A stretch of 57,736 nucleotides of DNA from an archaeon. Lineage in GTDB: Archaea > Asgardarchaeota > Thorarchaeia > Thorarchaeales > Thorarchaeaceae. Where the stretch lies: assembly GCA_024276825.1 (NCBI GenBank), contig JAJRWI010000062.1, positions 1-57,736 of the forward strand, written 5' to 3'. Below, piece after piece: positions 26,875 to 37,450 of the stretch. Made by a program: the position numbers and the translations under genes. Positions within the stretch are counted from its first letter, which is position 1; every line of letters begins with the position of its first letter. The notes beneath the pieces are model-generated. The model searched no databases and was not told the origin of the DNA. It was given only the letters and a program-made list of their open reading frames with translations.

Positions 26875-27807
26875 TCAGCCAATCTCCAGAATTCTGCCTG
26901 TGAGCGTGTCCATTGCGATAATGAATATCAACTCATCTAGGTCAATACCATTCCTTCTGGCCACCTCAATAGCAGGATAACTTCTAATGTTTGCTTCTGT
27001 GGCCTTGGCAAGGGCGAGCGCTCCATCCTTTGGATCATCTCTAAGCTCATCCTCAAACCGGGATGCATCAGATGTAATGGCGCTTATGACCTCACTGAGA
27101 AACCGTTCAGAGATAGCATTCGCATTAATTGATGCCTCTGCTGCGCTGCAGTGGGGGCATTCGACCACAAAGCCGCCATGCTTAATGATGAGTATCTGTT
27201 TAGGGCTACAGATTGAAAACCACTCTTTGAAGAAAGCGTCAAATTGAGTGCATTCGCCATGGTTTTTGTCATATCTTGGAATGTGAGCTCCTAGAGTTTG
27301 GATCGCGAGAGGCATTCCTTCTGGAAATACTGGCGGTTGCACTCTGGAGTCCGAACATAACAGAATAAGACAGCTTGGATCAATGGGCAGTGGTACAACA
27401 ACTCGCTGATACAGACTCTCCTCCAGACTCGCATCGCGCAGGTAGTCATGTTCAATAGAATGAATGATTCCGTCCTCATAGTTCACAAGGAATGCAAGTA
27501 TAGGAATTCCATCAATACTGGGATGCTCCGCTATATTGTATAGGGATTCATTAATTATTGATTGAGGCTCGTTCTCATCAAACGCTATTATCACGCCGGC
27601 ATGTCTTGGAAAATGGCTGTTATAGGCAGCAGGCCCTGAGAAGAGGAACAGATATTCAGATGAGTGCAGAATTGGGTGCCCGGTAACTCGCGTGGAATGA
27701 GATGCATCGCCCTGCAACATTCCTAACATCTGCAAATCTTGAGCACTAGGATGGATTGAGGAGATAATCAGAAATTCAGGTTCCTGACCAGATCTTGCAT
27801 GTTCCAT
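26875..27807 (-). CDS. Beta-carbonic-anhydrase-like protein with uncharacterised N-terminal domain
   Basis: CSDSRV and QTLGA motifs, H...CPHC; start uncertain. Confidence 0.55.
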   Translation of the reverse strand: MEHARSGQEPEFLIISSIHPSAQDLQMLGMLQGDASHSTRVTGHPILHSSEYLFLFSGPAAYNSHFPRHAGVIIAFDENEPQSIINESLYNIAEHPSIDGIPILAFLVNYEDGIIHSIEHDYLRDASLEESLYQRVVVPLPIDPSCLILLCSDSRVQPPVFPEGMPLAIQTLGAHIPRYDKNHGECTQFDAFFKEWFSICSPKQILIIKHGGFVVECPHCSAAEASINANAISERFLSEVISAITSDASRFEDELRDDPKDGALALAKATEANIRSYPAIEVARRNGIDLDELIFIIAMDTLTGRILEIG

Positions 27808-28004
27808 TTTTCCACGAAGCAATGGTTTCGCAACTGTTCGCGTTCTGTTTCATCTGATATCACTCGTACCTCTCGCTTCATGTATTATATCTCATTGTCG
27901 TAAGTGATTACATTCAAAGTGAATCAACTTTAGTTCTTTGCAGAATACGGGCTCAACAAGGAATTTATCAAGAGAGCGTCTTTGAATATCACGGAGAGAA
28001 AAGC

Positions 28005-28901
28005 ATGGTCAAATATCTTTTCGGAATTTCATACCATGAGAATGTAAACAACTGGGCCACAAAGAGTCTAATAAAAGCAATTAGAGCAAAGGGGCACGAA
28101 GCCAAGCCATTTAGGCTCCCTGATGTGGCCGCTGAGATTCCGCATAGATTCACGCACCTAGAGGAAGAGGACCTCTCAGATATGGCAGGAGTCATCATTC
28201 GAACCATTGGCTTTGGTACAGGAGATCAAATAACATTTAGAATCAGTCTATTGGAGCACTTTGAGGATGCGGGCATTTACGTGATGAATCCAGCATACTC
28301 ATTCAGACGGGCTAAGGACAAATATGCCACGCTCACAGCACTACACAAGGCAGGTATCAAGGTCCCTAGGACTTTTATTGGAGAGAATTTAGAGGCAGCG
28401 GTTCATTTTGTGGAGGAGGTTGGGGATGTTATAATAAAACCATTAATCGGTGCTCGTGGAATGGGTGCGATGAGACCTCAGCATCCCGAACTCACATATC
28501 GAGCAATGAAATTCATCCATCAGCTCGGGCAGGTCATTTATGTCCAAGAGGTAATCGAAAAACCAGATAGAGACATCAGGGCGTTTGTCATTGGGAATCA
28601 AGTAGTCGGAGCAATGTATCGATATCTTCCCAAGGGAGCAGAAAACGAGTGGAGGACCAATGTTCATGGAGGGGGGCGTGCGGAACTCACCAAACTGTCT
28701 GAGGAGTATGAAGAATGTGCAATAAGGACTGCTGAAGTGCTAAAGTTGGACTACACTGGAGTGGACATAATTGAGTCAAAGGATGGACCCTGTGTCATTG
28801 AAGCAAATGCCTCACCCTCATGGAGCGCACTCTCACGAGTGACCGGACTAGATATTGCAGGAATGATAATTGACAGACTGATAGAATGTGTAAGGCATTA
28901 G
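28005..28901 (+). CDS. RimK-family ATP-grasp alpha-L-glutamate ligase (MptN/CofF-like)
   Basis: AKDKY, IKPLIGARGMG, DIRAFVIG, WRTNVHGGG, GVDIIE, EANASP. Confidence 0.88.
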   Translation: MVKYLFGISYHENVNNWATKSLIKAIRAKGHEAKPFRLPDVAAEIPHRFTHLEEEDLSDMAGVIIRTIGFGTGDQITFRISLLEHFEDAGIYVMNPAYSFRRAKDKYATLTALHKAGIKVPRTFIGENLEAAVHFVEEVGDVIIKPLIGARGMGAMRPQHPELTYRAMKFIHQLGQVIYVQEVIEKPDRDIRAFVIGNQVVGAMYRYLPKGAENEWRTNVHGGGRAELTKLSEEYEECAIRTAEVLKLDYTGVDIIESKDGPCVIEANASPSWSALSRVTGLDIAGMIIDRLIECVRH

Positions 28902-29638
28902 GTACCCATGGCTCGGAGTATCTCTTCAACCTCATTAGTTGGAAGGATTTTGAAGAGCTTGTCCTCAGAGGATATCATGCCAATCTCAATCAACTTTGCC
29001 TTTTCAGTGAGGTCAACCTCACCCTGATCACCACGGGCCTTCATAATGCCTTCAATTGCCAGCTTAAGTGCACCATCAAGATCAATGGATGGTGAGTAAT
29101 TGTCCTTGAAGTAGTCACGGACAACATCAGACTCTTTTCCTATTGCAGTGGCCTTCCAACCCCAGAATGAACCTGAAGGGTCAGTAGTAAAGAGTTGAGG
29201 ACCGCCATCATCAATACCACCAACTAGGAGAGAAACACCGAATGGTCGGGCTCCTGCATATTGTGTGTGTAGCTGCTTGGTGTCGCAGATGTCAACAACA
29301 AGAGAACGAATCTGAATCGGTTCATCATAACTAAGACGATTAATCTGAGCACGGATTCTTGCCTGATCAATGAGCTTTCGGGCATCCGCATGAAGACCTG
29401 CAATTGCAGTGCCAACATGATCGTCAATCAAGAGGACCTTCTTCAACGAAGAAATGTCAACCAGTGGATGAGGAGCACGCTTTTCCCCTGCAAGAACAAC
29501 GCCATTGCTTCCCTTCACCCCTACAGCCAATGGTCCATATCTGACTGCCTCAGTGGCATATTCCACCTGATACAGTCTGCCCTCGGGGCTGAATACTGTG
29601 ATTGCTCTGTCATAACCCATAGATTGTGTTGGGAACAC
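28898..29638 (-). CDS. psmA: Proteasome subunit alpha
   Basis: GYDRAITVFSPEGRLYQVEYA, RPFGVSLL, TDPSG; GTG start with GGAGG upstream. Confidence 0.96.
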   Translation of the reverse strand: MFPTQSMGYDRAITVFSPEGRLYQVEYATEAVRYGPLAVGVKGSNGVVLAGEKRAPHPLVDISSLKKVLLIDDHVGTAIAGLHADARKLIDQARIRAQINRLSYDEPIQIRSLVVDICDTKQLHTQYAGARPFGVSLLVGGIDDGGPQLFTTDPSGSFWGWKATAIGKESDVVRDYFKDNYSPSIDLDGALKLAIEGIMKARGDQGEVDLTEKAKLIEIGMISSEDKLFKILPTNEVEEILRAMGT

Positions 29639-29745
29639 CTCAGATTTCCTCCAGAATATTATCACACTGGTTGTAACTGCTCATTTTCATGAAGGTAAGA
29701 CCTGTTTTTAAGGTTATTTCTGTGAACTTGAAGAGTGCTTTGAGT

Positions 29746-30441
29746 CTAACGCCATTCGAGTTTCACTCTGATGTCTTCAGGCGCATGCTCCATGACATTC
29801 TGAATCTCAGACCTTTCGGGCACCTTGCATCGTTCCTTCATCTCCTCACGCACACCAGATGATGAAACAAAGTTCTGAATTAGATATGTCCCAGCAAACC
29901 CCATGGAATTCAGAAAATCAAGGATTGCAATCACATCATCGGGATTCATGAGACCTGAAACATATGTTGTTCTTGGCCAGAGTTCAACATTGGATTCCAT
30001 AAGCATTTTGAAACTCTTGACTATCTTTGGCCATGGATTGCCGCGAACTCCAGCGACAATCGAATATCTCTCAGGAGCCGCTTTTAGGTCAAACCAGACT
30101 GAGTCCAGATATGGTATACATCTCTTTAGCACATAAGGTATTGAGCCCTGTGTGTTCAGGTTGATATGACATTTACAAGACTCTTTCAGAGCCTTGAGTA
30201 ATTCTGGCAGATCATTATGAAGTGTGGGTTCTCCCCCTGTGATGCAGAAACCATCAGAGAGTGAGCCAGACGCCTTTCTAAAAAGGGTGTCAATTGGAAC
30301 TTCTTCCCCAGAATCCAGAGGGATCAGTTGTGCATTATGGCAATATGGACAATTAAAGTTGCAACCCCCAGTGAAGATTACTGTCACTGGAATTCCGGGA
30401 ACATCAACTAGACTAACATCAAGAATTGAAGCAATTCGCAT
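29746..30441 (-). CDS. nrdG: Anaerobic ribonucleotide reductase activating radical SAM enzyme
   Basis: SLVDVPG, FTGGCNFNCPYCHN, ITGGEPTL, DLKA, RTT. Confidence 0.82.
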   Translation of the reverse strand: MRIASILDVSLVDVPGIPVTVIFTGGCNFNCPYCHNAQLIPLDSGEEVPIDTLFRKASGSLSDGFCITGGEPTLHNDLPELLKALKESCKCHINLNTQGSIPYVLKRCIPYLDSVWFDLKAAPERYSIVAGVRGNPWPKIVKSFKMLMESNVELWPRTTYVSGLMNPDDVIAILDFLNSMGFAGTYLIQNFVSSSGVREEMKERCKVPERSEIQNVMEHAPEDIRVKLEWR

Positions 30442-30522
30442 ATGCAAGACTCCTAATATTAGATGAGTGTGACCGCTTATGTGAGCATCATCATCATAGG
30501 CACTACTTACTACTGAAGCTTA

Positions 30523-32280
30523 CTATTCATGACATTCAATCGCCTTACTCAACTCGTCTAATACGCGCTTCTTTAATGACTCGATATCTCGAGCCTGGGC
30601 ATCAATTGAAACCTCTTGCAGGAGCTTGTGCTTCCGGTCGTATGTCAGAGTTATCGCTGCTAAATGAACACCATTATTATCATGCATATTGTATAGAACG
30701 CGGACAGTTTCTCTGTCGACTAGAAATTCCTCATCCATTGATATAACGTCCTTCTTCGATAGGAATTCTTCTATTGCTTCGGGATCGCATTTCATATTTA
30801 TTGAGATTCTCACAAGGTGATTGCGTTCAACACGGGACTTTATCCAGTCCATTCCTTTCTTTAATATTATGACAATAATAAGCCACATTAGTGCACTTAG
30901 AAAGAAGAAGAGAAATTGGAATTCGGGATTCATGGCCAAAGCTGATAATGGTGTATTATATTCGCCCACGATTGCAACAATGATGTCAAAAGCAATTGAT
31001 CCTGAAAGGATGAGTTCAATCACATTAAGAGCGTCGCCCGTACGCTCGCTAGCTCTAATGACTTCACTTGTGCTTCTTGTGTTATCACGTAAGGCATTGT
31101 ATACACGACGCATTTGTTGTTCAATCTGTGTTGAGAGTAAGGTCTGAAGGCCTTCAACCTCGCTGGAAAGACTCTGAAGTACAAGTCCAACATCATTGAT
31201 TCGTTTCAAAAGGGAAGTGAGTGAGTGATCAATCTGTATTGCATTTCGCAAAGATGTGTTTGTGCTGTCCTTAATCTGGTGCCAGCGTTCATAGATCAAC
31301 TCAAAGCCCCGATCCAAATAACTCACTGTTGAGTTCAGAATGGTGAAGTTTGCAGTTGCCTCAGTCAGAATGTTCTGTGCACGCGTAATTACAGAATAAT
31401 CTCCTTCAGAGGTCTTTTCAATCAGCTTGCGGGCCTGAAACAATTCATCCCAGAGTAGTTCAAGTCTATGAAACAGGCTGTCAATAAATATCTCTGCACT
31501 TTTCAAGAGTGAGTAAAAGGTGACAAGTAATTCATATTTTTCAGATTCTTTTGTAATGATTATAATGCCTGCATCGCCAATAAAAGCAATAGTTCCATCT
31601 TCTTCATTCTTGTGAACAAGCTGAAGATTATCAATAAGTTGTTCCATTTCATTCTGATACTCTTCACCATCAGCATAATCATTCACATCATCAAAGTGGG
31701 GATCTATAATATCAGCGATTATGCCAACGAATTTGTATCTGCTTGTTGGAGTGCCCTTGAATATGCAATCAATTATGCGCCGTTGGTGATGAGTAATGAG
31801 CGTGTCCATCAGAAGTGATGAGTCATTCATTAGATCCACAACTATCCTTGCTATGTGGTCCAAAGAAAACTGAGGGGTCCCATTCTCAACACGGTCATAT
31901 ATTCTCGTAATTTGGGCACCATATATGACATGACCTTCATGACTAAAGAACATCCCAATGACTTCTTCTTGTTCAACTACATCATCGGGATCCTGCATAG
32001 ATGCTTCGCAGGACAAGTAGTCTGAACCAAGACTATCTACCACTCTTACGCTATTACACCATGGCTCAGAAACAAATGTGGTGCTCTCAGGGAAATGGTC
32101 CATCAACATAGTAACAAATTCGCCATGCAGGGTTCGCTTTGACATGAGCTTTTGACCAATTGATTCAAGAGTGTTGCGATCGCATGGGATCAGCTCACTA
32201 AGTATTATGCGAACATTTCCCAATTTTATAGATTCAAGAAGATCATCTTTTATATAATCATCACCCAACAATTCAGTCAT
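30523..32280 (-). CDS. CorA/RMD1-like membrane protein (large soluble domain, long helices, two C-terminal TMs, no GMN motif)
   Basis: Helical stalk followed by NVIELILSGSIAFDIIVAIVG and FLFFFLSALMWLIIVIIL; overlaps the upstream stop. Confidence 0.55.
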   Translation of the reverse strand: MTELLGDDYIKDDLLESIKLGNVRIILSELIPCDRNTLESIGQKLMSKRTLHGEFVTMLMDHFPESTTFVSEPWCNSVRVVDSLGSDYLSCEASMQDPDDVVEQEEVIGMFFSHEGHVIYGAQITRIYDRVENGTPQFSLDHIARIVVDLMNDSSLLMDTLITHHQRRIIDCIFKGTPTSRYKFVGIIADIIDPHFDDVNDYADGEEYQNEMEQLIDNLQLVHKNEEDGTIAFIGDAGIIIITKESEKYELLVTFYSLLKSAEIFIDSLFHRLELLWDELFQARKLIEKTSEGDYSVITRAQNILTEATANFTILNSTVSYLDRGFELIYERWHQIKDSTNTSLRNAIQIDHSLTSLLKRINDVGLVLQSLSSEVEGLQTLLSTQIEQQMRRVYNALRDNTRSTSEVIRASERTGDALNVIELILSGSIAFDIIVAIVGEYNTPLSALAMNPEFQFLFFFLSALMWLIIVIILKKGMDWIKSRVERNHLVRISINMKCDPEAIEEFLSKKDVISMDEEFLVDRETVRVLYNMHDNNGVHLAAITLTYDRKHKLLQEVSIDAQARDIESLKKRVLDELSKAIECHE

Positions 32281-32857
32281 CACCCTTCTTTCCAGACATG
32301 AACCATTTGAAATCAAATGATGGGAGATATGGTCTTGTGGCATAGGGCACATCTTCAATATCATCAATGCCTATTTTCTGCTCGTAGCCGCATGATTCGC
32401 AATGGTAGAATATCTTATGATTCTTAATTATGACCTGAAAAATGGTGTCGCAGGTTTTGCATAATATTATACTGCGCACTTCATCACGTATCTTTTGCGG
32501 AATGTTCTTTATTGCCCTTTTACCAAGTTCGGTAGGACGATAAGCGGTGACATAGCCATATTGAGATGTGCTGATTCGTAGAATTGAAATGAGTCTAAGG
32601 TTTAGAAGGTCTTCAACATCGTCTTTACCCTCTCTACTTACATTCATCCATTGACGGGTCCCGTCAAGCATAGGAACGCTCCATGGTGCATAATCATAGT
32701 CTTTGAATATGCCCTTAATTATTCCATCATATATTATTGCAAGGATTGGTAGCTCCTTCACCCAGATTGGATTCTCTTCGTCGCCCTTCTTTGTATACTG
32801 GTCAATGACAAAGAGCAATCTCATTTGATCTTCTGTCAATTCAGACTCCATCGCCAT
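32273..32857 (-). CDS. Hypothetical protein, winged-helix-like with C-terminal zinc ribbon
   Basis: YDGIIKGIFKDYDYAP, NVSREGKDDVEDL, YRPTELG, CKTC...CESC. Confidence 0.75.
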   Translation of the reverse strand: MAMESELTEDQMRLLFVIDQYTKKGDEENPIWVKELPILAIIYDGIIKGIFKDYDYAPWSVPMLDGTRQWMNVSREGKDDVEDLLNLRLISILRISTSQYGYVTAYRPTELGKRAIKNIPQKIRDEVRSIILCKTCDTIFQVIIKNHKIFYHCESCGYEQKIGIDDIEDVPYATRPYLPSFDFKWFMSGKKGDD

Positions 32858-32934
32858 CCACTCGGCCTAGGGCAAATAATAACATGCAAAGTTCCTAAAA
32901 ACAATTTCTGAATAATTCGACCGCGAATTAATTC

Positions 32935-34707
32935 TCATGGTTTTATCTCATAAAGCCAAAGAGTGAATTTAGTGCCAAGATCAGGCCTGTCTGCGATTCT
33001 GTTCTCAACCTCGAGTCTGCCGCCATATTTCTTGGCAATCTGTGAAACAAGAGTAAGGCCAACACCGCCAAAGCGCCGCTTTTTGTCAAATATCACTTTC
33101 TTCTTAGAAGGAGAGATGCCAGGACCATTATCAGCAATAGAGATTCCAATCATTGCAGATTTTCGCTTGAATGAAACCCAGATGTGCTTGTCCTTTTTGG
33201 GGTTATGTGATGCAGCATTCTCAAGCAAGTTCCATATCAACTCACCAAAAAGCATATCTGCATTGACATAGATGGGTTCTGTTTGCTTTTTCATATGTAT
33301 TGTGGCACCAAAGATGCGCTTTACTACTGCGATTTTCTCGTTCAGAATCTGTGTCAAGTCTATGACTTCCATGGGAATGTCCCTTATCTGACTGGCACGT
33401 TTCACTTTTGTAATAAGCCGATTGCACAGCTGCACTGCATCCATTATGTTCTTCTGAACATCAGGAATCAATGATGGAGGGATGTCAGAGTCCAGCATTC
33501 CCGATGCAGTGAGGATAATCTGGAGTTGATTTGCAATGTCATGCGTCAAAAGGTCCAGATAGAATTGTGTTGTATCTTGAAACTCCTTTAAATCGGTAAT
33601 GTCTGTCACAACAGCAAAGGACCCCTTGAACTCGCCATCTGCATCAAAGTAAGGAGCTGCTGATATGATTGTGTAGAGAATGCTTCCATCTTTTCTTACG
33701 AATGAAGCATGATATCGCTCAGATTTACCATTCATTCTGTCAATCAGGCGTTGCTTCGCCTGCTCTTCAACAATATCTGGTGAATAAACAAACCAAGGCT
33801 GTCCAACAAGCTCTTTTTCAGAATAACCCAGCATTTTGCAATATGCTTCATTCACAAATATGACCAAGTCTTTCTCATCACATATGGCAAACCCTTCATT
33901 CATCGCCTCTACGAGAAGACGATACCATCTCTCTTTTTCCTCAAGACTCTTGATTGTTGTTTCATATTCTGTTATATCAAGAAAATGAATAGCTGTCATT
34001 TGCCCTATGATTGGGCAATTTGCGAATTTAGCATTGATATCAACAATTGCCTTCTTTCCACCCTTGCCAACAATTTCAATCTGATAGGATTCAGGAACTG
34101 GGTTATTGGACCGTCTCAAGAGGTTTATGTCGATCAATGATGAACTGAGATCGGGTGGCAAAATGCTTCTAAAGTCCTGATTGAGGATTTCGTTCTTCTT
34201 GAATCCAGACTGTTTGAAGAACTTCTTTGATGCAAATTCAATCTTGAAGTCTTCATTGAATAATATCATAATGTCATGTGTGTTTTCAATGATGAGGTCC
34301 AAGAGTCTGTCAGTGACTGGAAGTATGCCATTAAGAGGAGATGGCGGACTTGGATCAAGCAGAAATGCATATATGAAGGAGAAGGTCTTGGTGGGACGCT
34401 TGCATATCATCCTGAAAACTTGGCTCTTCTTTTTCTTTCTTGATTGCAATCTGATAAGAGGTATCTCCACCTCAATTCTTGACTTCAACTTTGAAAAGCT
34501 TGAGGACAGAGCGTCAGTATCTTCAGCTCGAATGAATTCATCGAGATTGAGGTCCATGTCTTTTTTTGATACCCCCAGAAGATTCCTAGCCTTTGCATTC
34601 AAGGAGAGTATCTTATGATTGATGTCCATGATCATAAATGCAATAGGCAAGTTCTCAGCAAACCCCGCCAAGGTTTCTGATTCTGCTTTTGAAGGGGGTA
34701 TTTTCAT
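32935..34707 (-). CDS. Cytoplasmic multi-PAS histidine kinase
   Basis: Three PAS repeats; H-box LLTHDIANQL, N-box NLLENA, DNGPG, GVGL. Confidence 0.92.
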   Translation of the reverse strand: MKIPPSKAESETLAGFAENLPIAFMIMDINHKILSLNAKARNLLGVSKKDMDLNLDEFIRAEDTDALSSSFSKLKSRIEVEIPLIRLQSRKKKKSQVFRMICKRPTKTFSFIYAFLLDPSPPSPLNGILPVTDRLLDLIIENTHDIMILFNEDFKIEFASKKFFKQSGFKKNEILNQDFRSILPPDLSSSLIDINLLRRSNNPVPESYQIEIVGKGGKKAIVDINAKFANCPIIGQMTAIHFLDITEYETTIKSLEEKERWYRLLVEAMNEGFAICDEKDLVIFVNEAYCKMLGYSEKELVGQPWFVYSPDIVEEQAKQRLIDRMNGKSERYHASFVRKDGSILYTIISAAPYFDADGEFKGSFAVVTDITDLKEFQDTTQFYLDLLTHDIANQLQIILTASGMLDSDIPPSLIPDVQKNIMDAVQLCNRLITKVKRASQIRDIPMEVIDLTQILNEKIAVVKRIFGATIHMKKQTEPIYVNADMLFGELIWNLLENAASHNPKKDKHIWVSFKRKSAMIGISIADNGPGISPSKKKVIFDKKRRFGGVGLTLVSQIAKKYGGRLEVENRIADRPDLGTKFTLWLYEIKP

Positions 34708-34781
34708 TGTTATTTGCTCCTTGAGGATAATGTCCTAATGAGTCAAGTTACATTGTAATATGGGGCAGATTTTGAAAACCA

Positions 34782-35825
34782 TTATTCAAAATAAATTCTT
34801 CTTTGGAGTTCTTCCTTAACAAACTGCTCACGATCATCATCAGTCATTCTAGTCACAAATGAGTAAATCTCAGTAACAAAGTCTGAAATACTCTTGACAT
34901 CTGAGGTATACTCTTCAATGGCATTGTCATATTTTGCAATTGAATATGCTGCAAATTCACCACTTTCCACTGCGAGTCTGATACCCTCTCCTGACAAGGG
35001 GTTGCAAAGTCCCGCAGCATCACCCACAAGTAAAACATTGCCAACACCGGGTTGGAAGAATCCAAAGGGGATAGACCACATTTCTTGCTTCTTAATGATT
35101 GCATTTCCTAAAGAGAACTCTTTAGCAAGCCATTTCTTAAACAATTCAAGAGACTCAATAATGGTGGGGGAATTCTTCGGAATAACCCCAGCGCCCAAAA
35201 TAACAACATCATCCTTGGGAATGGCATAGGCATATGATGGAGAGATATCGCCTCGTAGGAAGGCATAGAAATAGCTGCCTAGGTCTGAGTCAGCTATGAT
35301 GTGTTCTTGCCTTACTGTCATTATCTGAAACTTTTCATTTGGAAATAGGAAAGATCGGACTCGTGATCTGACACCATCGGCGCCTACAATATACCTTGAC
35401 TTGAACTTAGTCATTCCATTAGGGGTTTCAACAATCACTGTGTTTGGGTCAACAGTTGAGAATGACAGAAATCTTGAGTTGTATTTGATCTCTGCACCTG
35501 CATCTTCTGCGAGATTGCGAAGCCACTGGTCGAACCTTATTCTGTTGATATTATGAATCTTATAATTTTTGACCGCACCACCATTTTCCACACCACTTGG
35601 AGGAACATAATATAGACCAAGAATTGCGGGAGTAGACTTGACATAATCTGGAATTGATTCGCCAAAGACGCCTTCTATTACTTCATCAACAATCCAAGGC
35701 AAGACTCCACCGCATGGTTTGTCCCGATTTTTTGAGCCACGTTCTAAGAGAAGCACGTTCAGTCCAAGAGAAGAGCAAGACATTGCGGTACTAGCACCTG
35801 CAGGGCCACCGCCAATAACTATCAC
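34782..35825 (-). CDS. Geranylgeranyl-reductase-family FAD oxidoreductase (LipT-like by context)
   Basis: IGGGPAG, KPCGG, GADGVRS, VGDAAG, PLSGEGI. Confidence 0.85.
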   Translation of the reverse strand: MIVIGGGPAGASTAMSCSSLGLNVLLLERGSKNRDKPCGGVLPWIVDEVIEGVFGESIPDYVKSTPAILGLYYVPPSGVENGGAVKNYKIHNINRIRFDQWLRNLAEDAGAEIKYNSRFLSFSTVDPNTVIVETPNGMTKFKSRYIVGADGVRSRVRSFLFPNEKFQIMTVRQEHIIADSDLGSYFYAFLRGDISPSYAYAIPKDDVVILGAGVIPKNSPTIIESLELFKKWLAKEFSLGNAIIKKQEMWSIPFGFFQPGVGNVLLVGDAAGLCNPLSGEGIRLAVESGEFAAYSIAKYDNAIEEYTSDVKSISDFVTEIYSFVTRMTDDDREQFVKEELQRRIYFE

Positions 35826-35835
35826 ATCATACTCC

Positions 35836-37449
35836 CTAATCGAGTTTCACCTCATTTCGTAGCACTCCCTTCTCCCACAGACGTTTGATAAGGTGTGAGA
35901 GAAGGTCCATCTTAAGAACAGTCTGACCTTCAAATTCCCCAATGTATGCCTCCCGTTCTTCGCCCAGCTCATAACATGTGGAATCATCTACATCGACAAG
36001 TAGTGCTGGAACGCCGGTTGCTACAAAATCATCATGATGTTTGTTATAGAAACCTTCACAGCAAGAACCTATGTATCCACGTGCACCCTTCTGCTTGAAC
36101 TCCATTATTGTGTCAATCAAATGTTCGAAATTTTGAATCGTACGTACTGGGACTCCAAGATCTTCAATTATTTCATAGATATCACCAATAGTGCATCGCC
36201 CACATATTGTACATCCTTCAATCTTCCTATACTCACAGTCAACTTCCTTAGCGCAGTAGGGGAGCAGCACATAGTCAAATCGCTGATTCTCAAGTTCATC
36301 AGGCATGAAGTTCACGGTCATCAAATGATTGGCATCCTCCAATGAAACACCCCATTTCACGAAGGCCTTCTTTTTCACAGCTTCAAGAATTAGATTCACA
36401 ATATCATCTGGGCTCACACCAAAGATTTGGGTTCCAGTTTCTTCAAAGAACTTGTATACCGTGTCCCGGATATCATCGTCATCAGCAGATGAGTTCTTCA
36501 AGCGAGCCTCAAGATCAAGGATCGCTCGTTGAGGGAACACTTGGAAATCACCTGTAATGAATGAGCTGATAATGTAGTTGCCTATCAGATCGAGAGCAAG
36601 TGAAACCCTGATCAGCCCACCAGGTGTCTTTCGAGCTGCCATCAATTGCCCCGTTGCGGTTTCTTGCTTCCGAACAAGATAGATCCAATCATCAGATTTG
36701 AAATAGGGGAGCCTTCTTTCATACATCTCTTGTTCTTCAGGATAAAGATCTTCTGGCTTTAAGACCATATCAAAGACCTCTTGGAATCCCTCAATGAATG
36801 CCTTCTTGATCACATCCAAGGGGGGAACATATCCAAGTTCTCGGCCAAGCCAAGTGACCCTCTCTTTCACACTCTCAATCTCTTTATCTTTCAGCTTCTC
36901 AACTGGGATCCTGAGAGTCTTTAGCATTAGTTCCACATCAAAGTCGATTAGAAGTGTACCTTGATAGAGAAAGGCAGCGCCGCGTTCTGTTCCACCAGTC
37001 CCTGAGATCTTTCTGCCCTCAATCTCGATGTCATTTTTTGGCCGGAAATTTGCGTCCACACCAAGGGCATTGAGTGCCCTTACTGCACCAGAACAGACCT
37101 TTCGTGCAAGGCGCTCGAGATCATAACGTAGATCATCAATTCCAGGGGTTGATTTGTCAGCAAATACTTCCCAGCCTAGACAGGTGGGAGTGAAAAGGAT
37201 TGCTCCACCGCCAGTGATTCTTCTGTTTATGTCTATATTATTTCGAGAAACATAGTCAAGACGTATCTCTTGCTCGATGGACTGATGATAACCCACAAGG
37301 GCTGCAGAAGGGTTGAATTGTAAGAATCTGAATGTGTTCGGAGTCTTGCCTTCCGACTTGCACTCCAGTATCACATCATCCAAGGCCATGTTCTGTGCGC
37401 CAGTAAGAACACCGGTATCTAGAAGTCGCCATCTGGTCATTGTGTTCAC
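35836..37449 (-). CDS. Lipoate:protein ligase sLpl(AB) fused to Cys-rich DUF116-like domain
   Basis: NMALD, RRITGGGAI, NDIEIEGRKISG, TPGG small domain, then LPYCAK..C..CTICGRC..CC. Confidence 0.88.
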   Translation of the reverse strand: MNTMTRWRLLDTGVLTGAQNMALDDVILECKSEGKTPNTFRFLQFNPSAALVGYHQSIEQEIRLDYVSRNNIDINRRITGGGAILFTPTCLGWEVFADKSTPGIDDLRYDLERLARKVCSGAVRALNALGVDANFRPKNDIEIEGRKISGTGGTERGAAFLYQGTLLIDFDVELMLKTLRIPVEKLKDKEIESVKERVTWLGRELGYVPPLDVIKKAFIEGFQEVFDMVLKPEDLYPEEQEMYERRLPYFKSDDWIYLVRKQETATGQLMAARKTPGGLIRVSLALDLIGNYIISSFITGDFQVFPQRAILDLEARLKNSSADDDDIRDTVYKFFEETGTQIFGVSPDDIVNLILEAVKKKAFVKWGVSLEDANHLMTVNFMPDELENQRFDYVLLPYCAKEVDCEYRKIEGCTICGRCTIGDIYEIIEDLGVPVRTIQNFEHLIDTIMEFKQKGARGYIGSCCEGFYNKHHDDFVATGVPALLVDVDDSTCYELGEEREAYIGEFEGQTVLKMDLLSHLIKRLWEKGVLRNEVKLD

Positions 37450-37450
37450 C

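Noticed and set aside
30460-30500. ATGATGA (C-box-like) on the minus strand suggesting a C/D sRNA
   Set aside because: No properly placed CTGA D box; it is a short (CAT)n run
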